A stretch of 64,000 bases of DNA, taken from NCBI GenBank assembly GCA_965242965.1, contig OZ251518.1, positions 1-64,000 on the forward strand. Direction: 5' to 3'. The notes below the pieces were generated by a model. That model made no database searches, had not been told where the DNA came from, and worked only from the letters and a program-made list of their open reading frames with translations. Origin of the DNA: Candidatus Poribacteria bacterium. GTDB taxonomy: Bacteria > Poribacteria > WGA-4E > WGA-3G. Shown piece by piece: positions 40,430 to 50,346 of the stretch (position 1 is its first letter; the number at the start of each line of letters is the position of its first letter). The position numbers and the translations under genes are program-made.

Positions 40430-42358
40430 ATGTTACTTAACCAATGGACGACACTTCAATCGACACATATCCGCCGCCTTGCATCCGAACTCGCAAAGCG
40501 AGAGATGCCCATGATTGTGCTATTGGAGCCCATCGCTGATTTTGAAGAGCTCCTTACGTTCGTGGCAGCGCGCCCTACGCCAATTGCATTCGCACCACAG
40601 GAGCCGGCATGGAGACTTGAATCTGTGGCGGCACGCGTGCGAGAAGCAATTGCTATCGCCGCCCATGAACCGCTCAACGATGACGACTGGGAGCCGCTGG
40701 CGCGTATACTCCTAGAGCACGCTGAATATCTTTATACCTATCCGGATGCCGCCACCGCGCGTGAGAAATTAGACGCTGGCACCGCGCTCGCATTGGCTAG
40801 CAGTGTGTGCCGTTGCGTGCCGCAAGCGGATTTGTGGCGACTCGCCGCGTTCGGACGCATTGCCAACTCCCTCGCCGAAGTCGCGCCAGCCGCCGCCGAC
40901 ACACATCTGATTGAGCCGTTGGACATCGCCTTTTCGTTGGCAAACGAACTGAATCTGCCGATTTTAGAGTCTGCGCGTTCTGTCTATAACACTGTGCGAG
41001 AATCGCGGGCGTTTATGTCAAAGAACCGTATCAATTTTCCCTTAACGTCCCCAGGTCTTTTTCGCCAACTCAATTTAGATTTTCGGGGGATGGAACGGGT
41101 TAAATCTGCCGTTTTGAAAGGCGACTTCGCCGCTGCAACATCGGCTTACACGGAATTTCGTCGGCGGTTTTTAGCGGAATTTGATGTAGACTTGATGCTG
41201 GAAAGATCCGATACTGCCGACACTGCCAAATCCTATCTCGATGCGCTGCTTCGGCTGTCCATTCACCCAGCACCTGCAATTTCGGGAACTACAGAGATAG
41301 GCATTGCCGCGCTGCTATTCCCGGAATTCCGCGGGAGTAAGCAGCTTCTCGCGCTTGCGTTACACCGCTATCAGTGGATAACCGAAGCCTTCTTCTATCC
41401 CGACGGTTTTCACCGAGAGCGGACGTTGCGCGCCCAAGTTGACGCAATCGCCGACTTCGCCAGATTTCTGCGCTTTAAGCGCACAGCGGAGTTACGTCCC
41501 TTCCTTGAAAAACTGATAGAAGCATGCCTCGCTTTGAGCCATCCAAATCTTACTTTTCCCGAACTCGGTGCGGAGCCTGCTCCCAATTTCCACGCTGATG
41601 AACTGCACGACAGCATCAAACCACAGACGACATCACATGCGCTGCCTGACACCGGCTACTACGTGATGCGAGACGGTAGCGGGCTTGATGCACAGTATCT
41701 GCTTTTCGATGTCGCCGAATTGGAGATTCGTTCCCTCTTCGCGCACGGAAGACCTCTCCTTGCACGGCGAGAGACAGGAACGCGTCTTACGGGCTCAGGA
41801 ATGAGTTCCGCCGAGCGCGATGCCTCTGATACCCGATGGATAACCACCGCTACTTTCGATTTTGTGGAGAGTTGGCACAAAGCGCGCGACGTTCATCGGA
41901 AACGTTCCATTTTTTATGTGAAGGGCATCTACTTCATCATGCACGATTTATCTCTCGGCGAAGGAAATCAGACTTTTCGCCTCGTCCCGCAGCAGGATAG
42001 ACACCTTTTCATTGACACCGTGGGTGACACTGATAAATTCTCGGCGGTTTTGAACACCCTCTTGTTCCCAATGAAACCTGATATTGAAAAGTTTCCCACC
42101 CTTGTCTCTATTGCTGTTAACACAGATGCTGACGTGTTGGCAACCGGCTTCACGGTAGAGGTGAATGGCGTAACGGACACGTTTCTCATCTCGGATGATG
42201 GCTTCGCGGCGATGTCTACGGCGGATATTGAATTTGTCGGGGAATACCTCTTTTTGCGGGGTGAGCGGTTCGTGATGCTTAACGCGCGGTATCTCAAAGT
42301 AGGCGATAACATCCTTGCCGATTTTGATGAACCGCGCGAAAGTTATGTGCGAATGTAG
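40430..42358 (+). CDS. Heparinase II/III-like protein (divergent)
   Basis: LFPEF, YPDGFH.E, LPDTGYYVMR, HRKRSIFYVK. Confidence 0.6.
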   Translation: MLLNQWTTLQSTHIRRLASELAKREMPMIVLLEPIADFEELLTFVAARPTPIAFAPQEPAWRLESVAARVREAIAIAAHEPLNDDDWEPLARILLEHAEYLYTYPDAATAREKLDAGTALALASSVCRCVPQADLWRLAAFGRIANSLAEVAPAAADTHLIEPLDIAFSLANELNLPILESARSVYNTVRESRAFMSKNRINFPLTSPGLFRQLNLDFRGMERVKSAVLKGDFAAATSAYTEFRRRFLAEFDVDLMLERSDTADTAKSYLDALLRLSIHPAPAISGTTEIGIAALLFPEFRGSKQLLALALHRYQWITEAFFYPDGFHRERTLRAQVDAIADFARFLRFKRTAELRPFLEKLIEACLALSHPNLTFPELGAEPAPNFHADELHDSIKPQTTSHALPDTGYYVMRDGSGLDAQYLLFDVAELEIRSLFAHGRPLLARRETGTRLTGSGMSSAERDASDTRWITTATFDFVESWHKARDVHRKRSIFYVKGIYFIMHDLSLGEGNQTFRLVPQQDRHLFIDTVGDTDKFSAVLNTLLFPMKPDIEKFPTLVSIAVNTDADVLATGFTVEVNGVTDTFLISDDGFAAMSTADIEFVGEYLFLRGERFVMLNARYLKVGDNILADFDEPRESYVRM

Positions 42359-42515
42359 TTGCTCATGGATAACGCTATGCGTGTTTGGGAGCAAGCAATA
42401 ACCGACATCCCCTGCATCCCTTTCCAAAGCGAAGACGCGGATATCCTGTCGCAATTCGCAGAAACCCTCTAGGCACAACGTGTCACCTGGTTCTCTTTCG
42501 CGCGGTAATTTTAGC

Positions 42516-42837
42516 GAGTGTGTTTCATAAATCCGTTGGAGTGCCCTCCCGATCTCAATGCACGCGATGTTCCTTGTAGGCGCGCCCTCCTGGTCTCAAT
42601 GTGGTTCGTATCGGGACAAGGATGTCCCTCCTACCGGAAGGCATCAGGCCCACCTCTGTAGTTCGGGAGTGCCCGCTCCCGAACAGATCAGGAGCAGGTG
42701 CTCCTGCCCTACAGGGGTGACGCGCTCTGACAGCAAAACGGATGGCGATGGACAGGCCCTCGCCTTACGTGAAGGGGGGGGCACCGTAGCGCGGGGGCCT
42801 GTCCCCCGCGATGCTGAGCGATTTATGAAACTCCCTC
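42516..42837. mobile_element. Non-autonomous inverted-repeat element with REP interior
   Basis: GAGTGTGTTTCATAA / TTATGAAACTCCCTC, with flanking direct repeat AATTTTAGC at 42507-42515 and 42838-42846. Confidence 0.85.
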
Positions 42838-43037
42838 AATTTTAGCAAGTTCGGCAGTCATCGCCTCAGCCGCCGTTTTCGGGACAGACTCTTCTATCGC
42901 AGAATCTGCCGGGACAAACAGCTATTGGATCAGCTGCGCCTCCTGCTGACGCATCGTATCTCCAATCCATCCTTCCGAATCCGCAACGTGAGAAGACAGG
43001 AGCCGTGAACGTAATAAAAAGGATACTATCCCAACGT

Positions 43038-43739
43038 TCAATCGTCAAGCGGTTTTTTCAGCAATTGCAACGGTTTGCAAAAAGAGCAAGGCGTGTGACT
43101 CTGTTTCGCCCTACCCAACGGGAGAGCCTTCGCCCTTTTGCTTCTTTTGAGGACGACGCACTTCTCACGATGGAACTTACTTCCTGAGGGAGTGACGTAG
43201 ACAAGGGTGTCATCATCGGGTAGAATTCCTTGCCCAATTGGTGCCCACAATCCCTTTTCGGTTGTCCGTGCGCGCTCCTCGTAATGCGTAAACAAGGTAA
43301 GATGCTCAAACGTTGCCTGCGTGTTCACCTGCGCGTAACCTTGCCGCACCACTTCCAGATTCACAAACAACTCATCTGGCGCGCGGCGGAGATACGCCTG
43401 TAAATTTCCAGCGGTTTCGGGCACGTCGTCCTCAAATTCGAGATAGACAGACTCACCGAGCAAGAGGTTATGCAGAAACGCCATCGCTTCTACCTGCGCT
43501 GTCTCGCTCGGGTTATCAGGATGCATCGCCTCTGGCACCTGCACGCCGATAAGTTTGACAACTGTCGGTGTGTCCTCGTAGTCAATGTTTACCGTGGCGG
43601 CATCGATGACTTTTAGGACTGAGAACGTGGTGTCGTCGGCGAACTCCACATCGGGATAGGGGAGGAGGCCGTTGTCGCTGTAATAGACGGATGCGCCTCC
43701 GAAAATGAGGAGTAGTGTTATGAAGATTTTTAATTTCAT
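43038..43739 (-). CDS. Thermonuclease (SNase) family protein with a C-terminal metal-binding motif, copy 1
   Basis: VKLIGV..PE, LQAYL..FVNLEVVRQGYA, A....KGLW, VYVTPSGSKFH...C..PC..CKP. Confidence 0.85.
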   Translation of the reverse strand: MKLKIFITLLLIFGGASVYYSDNGLLPYPDVEFADDTTFSVLKVIDAATVNIDYEDTPTVVKLIGVQVPEAMHPDNPSETAQVEAMAFLHNLLLGESVYLEFEDDVPETAGNLQAYLRRAPDELFVNLEVVRQGYAQVNTQATFEHLTLFTHYEERARTTEKGLWAPIGQGILPDDDTLVYVTPSGSKFHREKCVVLKRSKRAKALPLGRAKQSHTPCSFCKPLQLLKKPLDD

Positions 43740-43823
43740 AGATAAATCCTCCGTTGCAAACCAGCGGATAGTTTACGTTTTACCGAACAACTACGTTGGC
43801 ACTCGCCGCTGTTGCTAAATCTG

Positions 43824-44717
43824 CTAACTTGATTGGCGACGAAGATACGACTCCCGGATAGAACCATACCGATGCGCAAATTGCTGATGCTCCGGACTAC
43901 GTTTTAGCATTTGGTGACCTCTTCCCTCTTGTTCGGAATGGCAACCGAAGCAAAGAGATATAAGGTTCTCTGGAGTATTATTCTGTTTGTCGCGGTCTAT
44001 GTGATGTGCATGGAGAAAACGGCTATCGTTTTTAAGATTAATACCGCATTCCATACATCTCCAATTAGCCCTTTCGCGACATGCCAATGAGATATATTTC
44101 CAACCTGCCGGATAACCAGATGTTCTATCAACGGTCAGCGGAGCGGTGAGAGGCCCGTAGAGTCCATCTATCGGCGGCAGTTCATAGGCATCGTCAATTG
44201 CCTGAAACCAGGCATCTAGCGAAAACTCCATATCCGAACCATCAAAGAAGTCGACCCAACTAAAAGAAGGTTCGCCAAACCAAGTCTGTTGACCGAATCG
44301 ATTTGGGGCACAGTCCCTCTGGAGTTTTTTTAGACAACTTTTGCAGATTTCTAGTGTCTTCGTCGCTGGTTCGGTGTGTCCGGGAAAATAGAGGAGGAAT
44401 TCCCCATCTGTCCGGCGCGTCAGGACATAACGGGCCGCTTTGCCCCGAGTTCGCATGCCCTTGATTACAGGACAATTTACAATGTGATATTTAGGGAGGT
44501 CACCCTTTACATCTCGGATATAGAGAATCACCTTTCTGCCTTTGAATACGAGACTACCATCAGGGTGTTCGTTAATCAAATTAAGGTTCTCTGAAGCTAC
44601 GCCATCCTGACTGAGTAGTTGTCTGTCAATATCAGGATCAAATGTCAGTAAAGGAGCCCCTAGTTGCTTGCGCAGCCTATTTAATCCATCGTGATTATGG
44701 AAATCAGGCAACTTCAA
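43824..44717 (-). CDS. zorE: Zorya type II HNH effector ZorE
   Basis: GRKVILYIRD, YHIVNC..M, C..CL, CMEC..LHAHH..DKQNN..ENL..LC..CH, downstream of zorAB. Confidence 0.85.
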   Translation of the reverse strand: MKLPDFHNHDGLNRLRKQLGAPLLTFDPDIDRQLLSQDGVASENLNLINEHPDGSLVFKGRKVILYIRDVKGDLPKYHIVNCPVIKGMRTRGKAARYVLTRRTDGEFLLYFPGHTEPATKTLEICKSCLKKLQRDCAPNRFGQQTWFGEPSFSWVDFFDGSDMEFSLDAWFQAIDDAYELPPIDGLYGPLTAPLTVDRTSGYPAGWKYISLACRERANWRCMECGINLKNDSRFLHAHHIDRDKQNNTPENLISLCFGCHSEQEGRGHQMLKRSPEHQQFAHRYGSIRESYLRRQSS

Positions 44718-44728
44718 TTCATTTCCTC

Positions 44729-45808
44729 CTATTGATTGAATTCCTCTAGAAGTTCCTTAATCTCGTCAATGAGTTTCTCGGATTCTGTGACAACCCGAAA
44801 CTCAACGCGACGCGATGCCTCTTGATTCTCCATCAGAAGGTTCACAACCCGTTCTCGTGTCTCCGGTTTAAGATGAGCGAACCTTTGAATAGCGGCTACA
44901 GATTCAACAATGTCCGCTATCGTGATATTTTCGTTACCCCGTGATTCTGCAATTTCGCGGAGAACCTGCCGATGCAACTGTCTCACTAACTCTGCCGGGA
45001 TTCCCGTTTCCCTCCTCACGGCATCATAAGGGTTCACTACGGATGAACGATTTCCTACCAAATCCGGAATGAGTTGGCTAGAGGATAACCCATTGGCAGT
45101 TAACTTTTTCTTAAGCCACTCCCTATTCTGGATTACCCCAGGATGCCCAATCTGCAGAACATAGCGGAGCACGTTTCTCGCCCGGTTTTGCGATAACTCC
45201 ATGTTGTTAATGTAGGCCTCGTCCCGCGCGACCTGCAAGAACCATTCGCTAGAGGTATGGCCTTCAATGCGGATTTCCGCGATACTATCCCTATATTCAG
45301 GCTTCGTCAGGATTGCGACGTACCGCGGAAAGAAATCACGTAAGACGTTCTTAAACGCGTCTGGAACGGTAGCCTTTCCTTGGGTAAAAGGTTTCCCAAA
45401 GCGGATCGAGAGGCTTTCTATGTCTAAATAGCCGCGCCACTTTGTCCTGAATAGCTGTCTTTTGGTAGGAGTGCCTTCAAACTCCGCATGCAACTCTTCG
45501 GACAGTTGGGCTTGCAAATTTTTGTAAGCCCCCAGGAGGTCTTCAATCTTAACCTGAAGACCCTTAATCCGATTTGATTCACGTTCTGCATTCGCCCTAT
45601 GACGGTCGGCATTTACCATGTAACTAATGGCAATAAAGAGAAATATCACCATCAACCCGGCCATTACGTCAGATATGGAGACCCAATGCTCCTCAGTTTC
45701 CTGCGTCCTTAATCCAAACAATTTTCCAACCCTCTTAGTTTCTTCCGTTGGTTCCCGGCTGACACCGCTAGGATGGATTATCATCATCCGGTGGACTGCC
45801 TTTTGCAA
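44729..45808 (-). CDS. zorB: Zorya ZorB (MotB/OmpA-like), start uncertain
   Basis: EHWVSISDVMAGLM TM with the conserved Asp, IRIEGHTSSEW, NMELSQNRA, SRRVEFRV. Confidence 0.88.
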   Translation of the reverse strand: MQKAVHRMMIIHPSGVSREPTEETKRVGKLFGLRTQETEEHWVSISDVMAGLMVIFLFIAISYMVNADRHRANAERESNRIKGLQVKIEDLLGAYKNLQAQLSEELHAEFEGTPTKRQLFRTKWRGYLDIESLSIRFGKPFTQGKATVPDAFKNVLRDFFPRYVAILTKPEYRDSIAEIRIEGHTSSEWFLQVARDEAYINNMELSQNRARNVLRYVLQIGHPGVIQNREWLKKKLTANGLSSSQLIPDLVGNRSSVVNPYDAVRRETGIPAELVRQLHRQVLREIAESRGNENITIADIVESVAAIQRFAHLKPETRERVVNLLMENQEASRRVEFRVVTESEKLIDEIKELLEEFNQ

Positions 45809-47087
45809 TAGTCAAAACCCGACGCAGTTCCTCCGTTAATGGACGGTAATCTTCAGCAAACGTTTTAGACAGACTGGCGAGTTGATCTGCTAAACTTCCT
45901 AAGGCTTTCTTCAGTTGTTCCTCAAGAGCTTTATCCAGACAATCCACTTGATCAATCATGTGCTGAGTACTTTTACGGAGTGCCTCATCCAACGCATCAG
46001 TTTGTCTTTTCAATGCATCGCGCTGGCTTGCTATGCTTTTATTCGAGGCTTTAATCGCGGTATCAACGGATGCAGAAAAGTCCTTGGTGAGTTTGTCCAA
46101 GTTATTCTGGATAAGCGGAATTGCTTCTTGCGCTCTCTTGCGCAATTCGCTAAACGCCACCAACTGATCATTCAACGTGTGGAGGATAGGATCCAATTTT
46201 TCAGCGCAGGCAACAATGCTCTCACTGCGTTCCGAGATCAAGCGCGAGGATTTCGCTACGTCTTCCAGCGAGTCGCGAGCCTTTTCAAAAGTCTTAGCGG
46301 CATCTCCCAATCCATTGATAAGTTCACTCATCCGTGTGATAAGTTCACTCATCTGTTGGCCGTATTGCTTTTGCCATGTTACGGTTTGCCTAACAGCCTC
46401 GTTTAACTCCTTGAAGTTATCCCCAAACTGCTCAGTAATCTTCGCGTTGAACTTCTCAATGACGGTTTTAAGGGCCTCAATCAGTTCCTCGGTGGCAAGT
46501 TCCGCTACACTTTCAGCAACATTCTCTGAAAACGCCCGAAATTCACCTACCAACTGCCCCAATTGGGTAAGCATGGCTTTTTGAACATCTTCCAATGCCT
46601 TCAATGTCTCCCGGGTTTTGTCTCCCTCTTCCTTTCCCAATTTCGCTAATTGATCATGATTCGCCCTAACTACTGCCTTTAATTTCCGCAGTTCGGTGTG
46701 CGTCGTGCCCTGCCCACCGGTAAGGGAATCACGAATCTGATTTAGCACAGTAATAGGATTTTCCTGTGCGCCCGGACCTATCTTTTGAAATAGGGAACCA
46801 AATTTCAAGATGAGCGAGGACCCGATACCCACAACGGAAGTCAGGAAGGCGAGTTTGAGTCCCTCCAATAAGGGACCAATGCTTCCTTCAATATTCGTGA
46901 CCTCAAAACGCCAAAGTCCGACGAAGATACCCAGGAACGTTCCAAAGATACCCACAACGGTTAAGATTGATGCCCACGCGTTAGTCCGTGTATGCCAAGC
47001 GTTATCTTCCGTGGATAATTTCCGCCAAGCGACAACCAACAAGACAATTTGGATGGAAACAAAGAGAACCAGAAGCAAATTTCCCAT
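45768..47087 (-). CDS. zorA: Zorya ZorA (MotA-like TM domain with a long coiled-coil tail)
   Basis: GIFGTFLGI..GL..F...I..SI..LLEGLKLAFLTS, FNAKITEQFGDNFKELN, DYRPLT. Confidence 0.88.
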   Translation of the reverse strand: MGNLLLVLFVSIQIVLLVVAWRKLSTEDNAWHTRTNAWASILTVVGIFGTFLGIFVGLWRFEVTNIEGSIGPLLEGLKLAFLTSVVGIGSSLILKFGSLFQKIGPGAQENPITVLNQIRDSLTGGQGTTHTELRKLKAVVRANHDQLAKLGKEEGDKTRETLKALEDVQKAMLTQLGQLVGEFRAFSENVAESVAELATEELIEALKTVIEKFNAKITEQFGDNFKELNEAVRQTVTWQKQYGQQMSELITRMSELINGLGDAAKTFEKARDSLEDVAKSSRLISERSESIVACAEKLDPILHTLNDQLVAFSELRKRAQEAIPLIQNNLDKLTKDFSASVDTAIKASNKSIASQRDALKRQTDALDEALRKSTQHMIDQVDCLDKALEEQLKKALGSLADQLASLSKTFAEDYRPLTEELRRVLTIAKGSPPDDDNPS

Positions 47088-47188
47088 AAAACACCTTTGC
47101 GGCATAAAATAATACGTTAATTTTTGCACAAAGGGTACAAAAAGTCTAGAAAATTCGGCAATCTGCGCGAAGCGATTTTCAGAAATTC

Positions 47189-47878
47189 CTATGGATTGCA
47201 CTGAAGGCACGGTAAGTAATACCGTTCAGCATCTTCCCGTGATATCGAAATGCGAGTTTTTCGCAATAAACCGCAACTCGCACGATGATACTTACTCCCT
47301 GCTGGCGTAATGTAGACAGCAGTATCAGCAGTCGGTAATGCTTGAGACGCTGTGACATCCTCCCGAACGTTTTCTTTCGCCTGCCACAAGCCTTTCTTCA
47401 CCACTCGGGCGCGCCCTTCGTAGGACGAAAACTCCGAGAGGTGCGAGAACGGAACCAGCGTATTCACTTGCGCGTAGCCTTGCCGCACTACCTCTAAATT
47501 CACGAATAACTTGTCAGGCGCGCGGTAGAGATACGCCTGCAAATCTCCTGCGGTCTCCGGCGTATCTGTCTCAAATTGGAGATAGACAGACTCACCGAGC
47601 AAAAGGTTGTGCAGGAACGCGGTCGCCTCTTCCCGCGCTACTTCAACCGGGTTATCGGGATGCATCGCCGCTGGCACCTGCACGCCGATGAGTTTGACAA
47701 CTGTCGGGTTGCCTTCGTAGTGAATCTCTACCGTGGCGGCATCGGTGACTTTTAGCACGGGAAACGTGGCTGCGTCGGTAAAGTCCTCTGCGGGATAAGG
47801 CAACAGGCCGTCGTCGCTGTAATAGATGGATACGAATCCGAAAACGAGGAATAGGGTTACGAAGATTTTTAATTTCAT
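47189..47878 (-). CDS. Thermonuclease family protein, copy 2
   Basis: Close paralogue of 43038-43739, including the upstream ATAAATCCTCCGTTGC. Confidence 0.85.
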   Translation of the reverse strand: MKLKIFVTLFLVFGFVSIYYSDDGLLPYPAEDFTDAATFPVLKVTDAATVEIHYEGNPTVVKLIGVQVPAAMHPDNPVEVAREEATAFLHNLLLGESVYLQFETDTPETAGDLQAYLYRAPDKLFVNLEVVRQGYAQVNTLVPFSHLSEFSSYEGRARVVKKGLWQAKENVREDVTASQALPTADTAVYITPAGSKYHRASCGLLRKTRISISREDAERYYLPCLQCNP

Positions 47879-47988
47879 GGATAAATCCTCCGTTGCTGAG
47901 GCTTTGCTGTTGGAAGTAGGGTTAGGTTTTAGTCTCGCGTGGAAGATATGATACAAGAAGTGGGGTTAAATGTCAAGGGAAAATGACG

Positions 47989-48029
47989 AAAAAAACGCGG
48001 CGCGAGGCATTGAGTCCTTCGCGCCGCGT
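47989..48029 (-). terminator. Intrinsic terminator after the vWA gene
   Basis: ACGCGGCGCGA/TCGCGCCGCGT stem followed by a T-tract on the minus strand. Confidence 0.7.
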
Positions 48030-48046
48030 GCTGGTGAATTCTCATC

Positions 48047-50221
48047 CTACTGCTTCTTCAGACGGATAGCCTGACGCACCAACTCAAGCAATTCCTCGTG
48101 TTGTGGGGTTTGGAGGTTGATGCCTTTAAGCACCTGTCGGACCTCTTTCAAGTCGCCGTTTTTTGCCCAGAAACTCCCGCGCAGAATTTCGGCGTATTGT
48201 GCAACAGCGGATGCCAATTGAAACGCAGGCGATGCGGCTTCAAACGTTGCTTTCAAATCTGCCGTGGAGAGAGACTTGGCGAATTCTGTCGCTTCTTCGG
48301 TACCCGGGTCTTTGTAGCGGATAGAGACTTTGGCGAGATGGCCATCACATCCGGCATTCTTATGGAGTTTCAGTTCGTAGAGGGCGGTGACGTTGTGGCC
48401 TGAACCGACATCGCCGGCATCTACGTCGTCATCGCGGAAGTCTTCGTGCTCTAGGTGGCGTTTTTCGTAGCCGAGCAATCGGAATCGACTGACTGTCTGC
48501 GGATTGAATTCTACTTGCATTTTGGCATCTTTGGCAATGACTTGCAAGGTGCCGGTCAGATTTTCGACAAAGATGCGTTTCGCCTCGGCGAGGGTATCTA
48601 CATAGGCATACATCCCGTTGCCTTTGTTGGCGAGTTGTTCCATCAAGACATCGTTGTAGTTGCCCATGCCGAAGCCTACGGTAGTTAACCAGATGCCCTT
48701 GTCGAGGTAGGAGGAAACCTTGTCAAGGATCGTGTCAGGTCCTGTGTATCCGACATTGGCAACGCCATCAGAGCATAAGATTACGCGATTAATGCAATCG
48801 GCATCGAGATTCTTCGCGGCGAGTTCGTAGCCGAGATGAATTCCTTTTTCGGCATAGGTTGCGCCGGCGGGAACTAGCGATTGGATTGCGTTCAAGATGT
48901 GTTCGCGGTTCTCAACGCGGGTATGAGGTAAGACCACTTGGGCATCGGAGCCGTAAGTGACAATGCCTACCTCATCGCCTTCGCGGAGTTGGGCGACGAG
49001 GAGCGTCAAGGCGCGCTTCACCAACTCCAACCGATTCTCCATGTGCATTGAACCGGAGATATCAATGACGAACGTTAGTCGTGCATCTTTCCGGTCTGTT
49101 TCAGGGACAACGCGTCCTTTGATACCGATACGTAACATCTTCAGCCGTTTTCCTTCACCGAATTTGGAGGGCGCGCCTTCGAGATGCACGGCGAACGCTC
49201 CTTCTGTCGGCGGCGGATAGTCATAGTCAAAGGTGTTGATAAACTCCTCAACGCGAACGGCTTCTGGCGGTAGAAGGTATCCATCTCGGAGATGGCGGCG
49301 CATGATGGAATAGGAGGCGGTGTCCACATCCATTCCGAACGTTGAGCGGGTGTCGTCCTCGGTATCGATAAACGGATTGGTGCCGTGGTGATTGAAGTAG
49401 ACATCGTTGTAAGGCGCATCGTTCGGCGGATTCAAGCCGGTGGAGAGGGATTGAAACTGCAGGCGCGCGTCTTGAGGCGATGGACTGTAGGCCAGAGACT
49501 CAAGGGAAAGTGAACATGGGACGGCCATGGATGTATCAGCGGACAACAGCGTCGCGAAAGATTCTGGAACGTTAACTTCATCAGAACCTCTAAGGACAAA
49601 ATCGCGGTATGTCCTGACGTTTTTGGCTTTGTATTTGACGATGGCGCGGTGTTTTCCCTTGCGATGGATGGTAGCATCGTGCGAGGCACACCGGAATTCT
49701 GGGAGTTCATCCGCGCTCTCAATTGAGAGCGAGAAGACGAGCGATTCCACCTGCGCGAAGGAATCAATTGAACGCGTCTTGACGGGGATGGACAAAGGAT
49801 AGGTATACCTCATCAGCACGTCAGTGTCCAGTTGCACCTGTTGTGTGTATTGGATTTGAACGCGTTGCTCCCCGTTGGGCGCGACGAGAAACTTGTGAGT
49901 GGGGATGTCACCGTCATCCGCGGACTGAGACGTGGTCTGTTCGCGGAAGCAGAGGTAGGGTGCGTCACACCCTGTCATTTGCTTTTCGGTAGACAGCGCG
50001 ATACCGTCAATGCGAAGCGCGAAATCGGAAATGTCTGTGTTAAAACCGGGTGGGAAGATGCAGGCACCCTCCATTTCAACGTCACCCCGGTTTTTCAGCA
50101 CCAATTCGATTTTTGTCGTCGCGATGTTATCAACGATTGCGACGTTCACTTGATACTTTTTGAGGCGGATAGGCACTGCAAAAGCATCTGTGTGAACGTG
50201 CGGCATTTTTCGATTTTTCAT
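48047..50221 (-). CDS. VIT domain fused to a YfbK-type vWA domain (DUF3520)
   Basis: N-terminal VIT-like region, STFGMDVDTASY, VRVEEFIN, DISGSM MIDAS, SDGVAN. Confidence 0.85.
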   Translation of the reverse strand: MKNRKMPHVHTDAFAVPIRLKKYQVNVAIVDNIATTKIELVLKNRGDVEMEGACIFPPGFNTDISDFALRIDGIALSTEKQMTGCDAPYLCFREQTTSQSADDGDIPTHKFLVAPNGEQRVQIQYTQQVQLDTDVLMRYTYPLSIPVKTRSIDSFAQVESLVFSLSIESADELPEFRCASHDATIHRKGKHRAIVKYKAKNVRTYRDFVLRGSDEVNVPESFATLLSADTSMAVPCSLSLESLAYSPSPQDARLQFQSLSTGLNPPNDAPYNDVYFNHHGTNPFIDTEDDTRSTFGMDVDTASYSIMRRHLRDGYLLPPEAVRVEEFINTFDYDYPPPTEGAFAVHLEGAPSKFGEGKRLKMLRIGIKGRVVPETDRKDARLTFVIDISGSMHMENRLELVKRALTLLVAQLREGDEVGIVTYGSDAQVVLPHTRVENREHILNAIQSLVPAGATYAEKGIHLGYELAAKNLDADCINRVILCSDGVANVGYTGPDTILDKVSSYLDKGIWLTTVGFGMGNYNDVLMEQLANKGNGMYAYVDTLAEAKRIFVENLTGTLQVIAKDAKMQVEFNPQTVSRFRLLGYEKRHLEHEDFRDDDVDAGDVGSGHNVTALYELKLHKNAGCDGHLAKVSIRYKDPGTEEATEFAKSLSTADLKATFEAASPAFQLASAVAQYAEILRGSFWAKNGDLKEVRQVLKGINLQTPQHEELLELVRQAIRLKKQ

Positions 50222-50307
50222 GGGATTTCTCCGTGTGTTTTTATTTGGTTGGTTATTGTTACAAACGCTTTGATCGGGTATTAGGTTACGTAAAGTTTAA
50301 TGATAAC

Positions 50308-50336
50308 TTGACATTTGGCGCGCGATATGCTATAAT
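50308..50336 (+). promoter_or_regulatory. sigma70 promoter reading into the element at 50347
   Basis: TTGACA-17-TATAAT with extended TG. Confidence 0.7.
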
Positions 50337-50346
50337 TTATTATTAG

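Noticed and set aside
42847-43048. Small ORF downstream of thermonuclease copy 1
   Set aside because: Possible frameshifted remnant, but no recognisable motif
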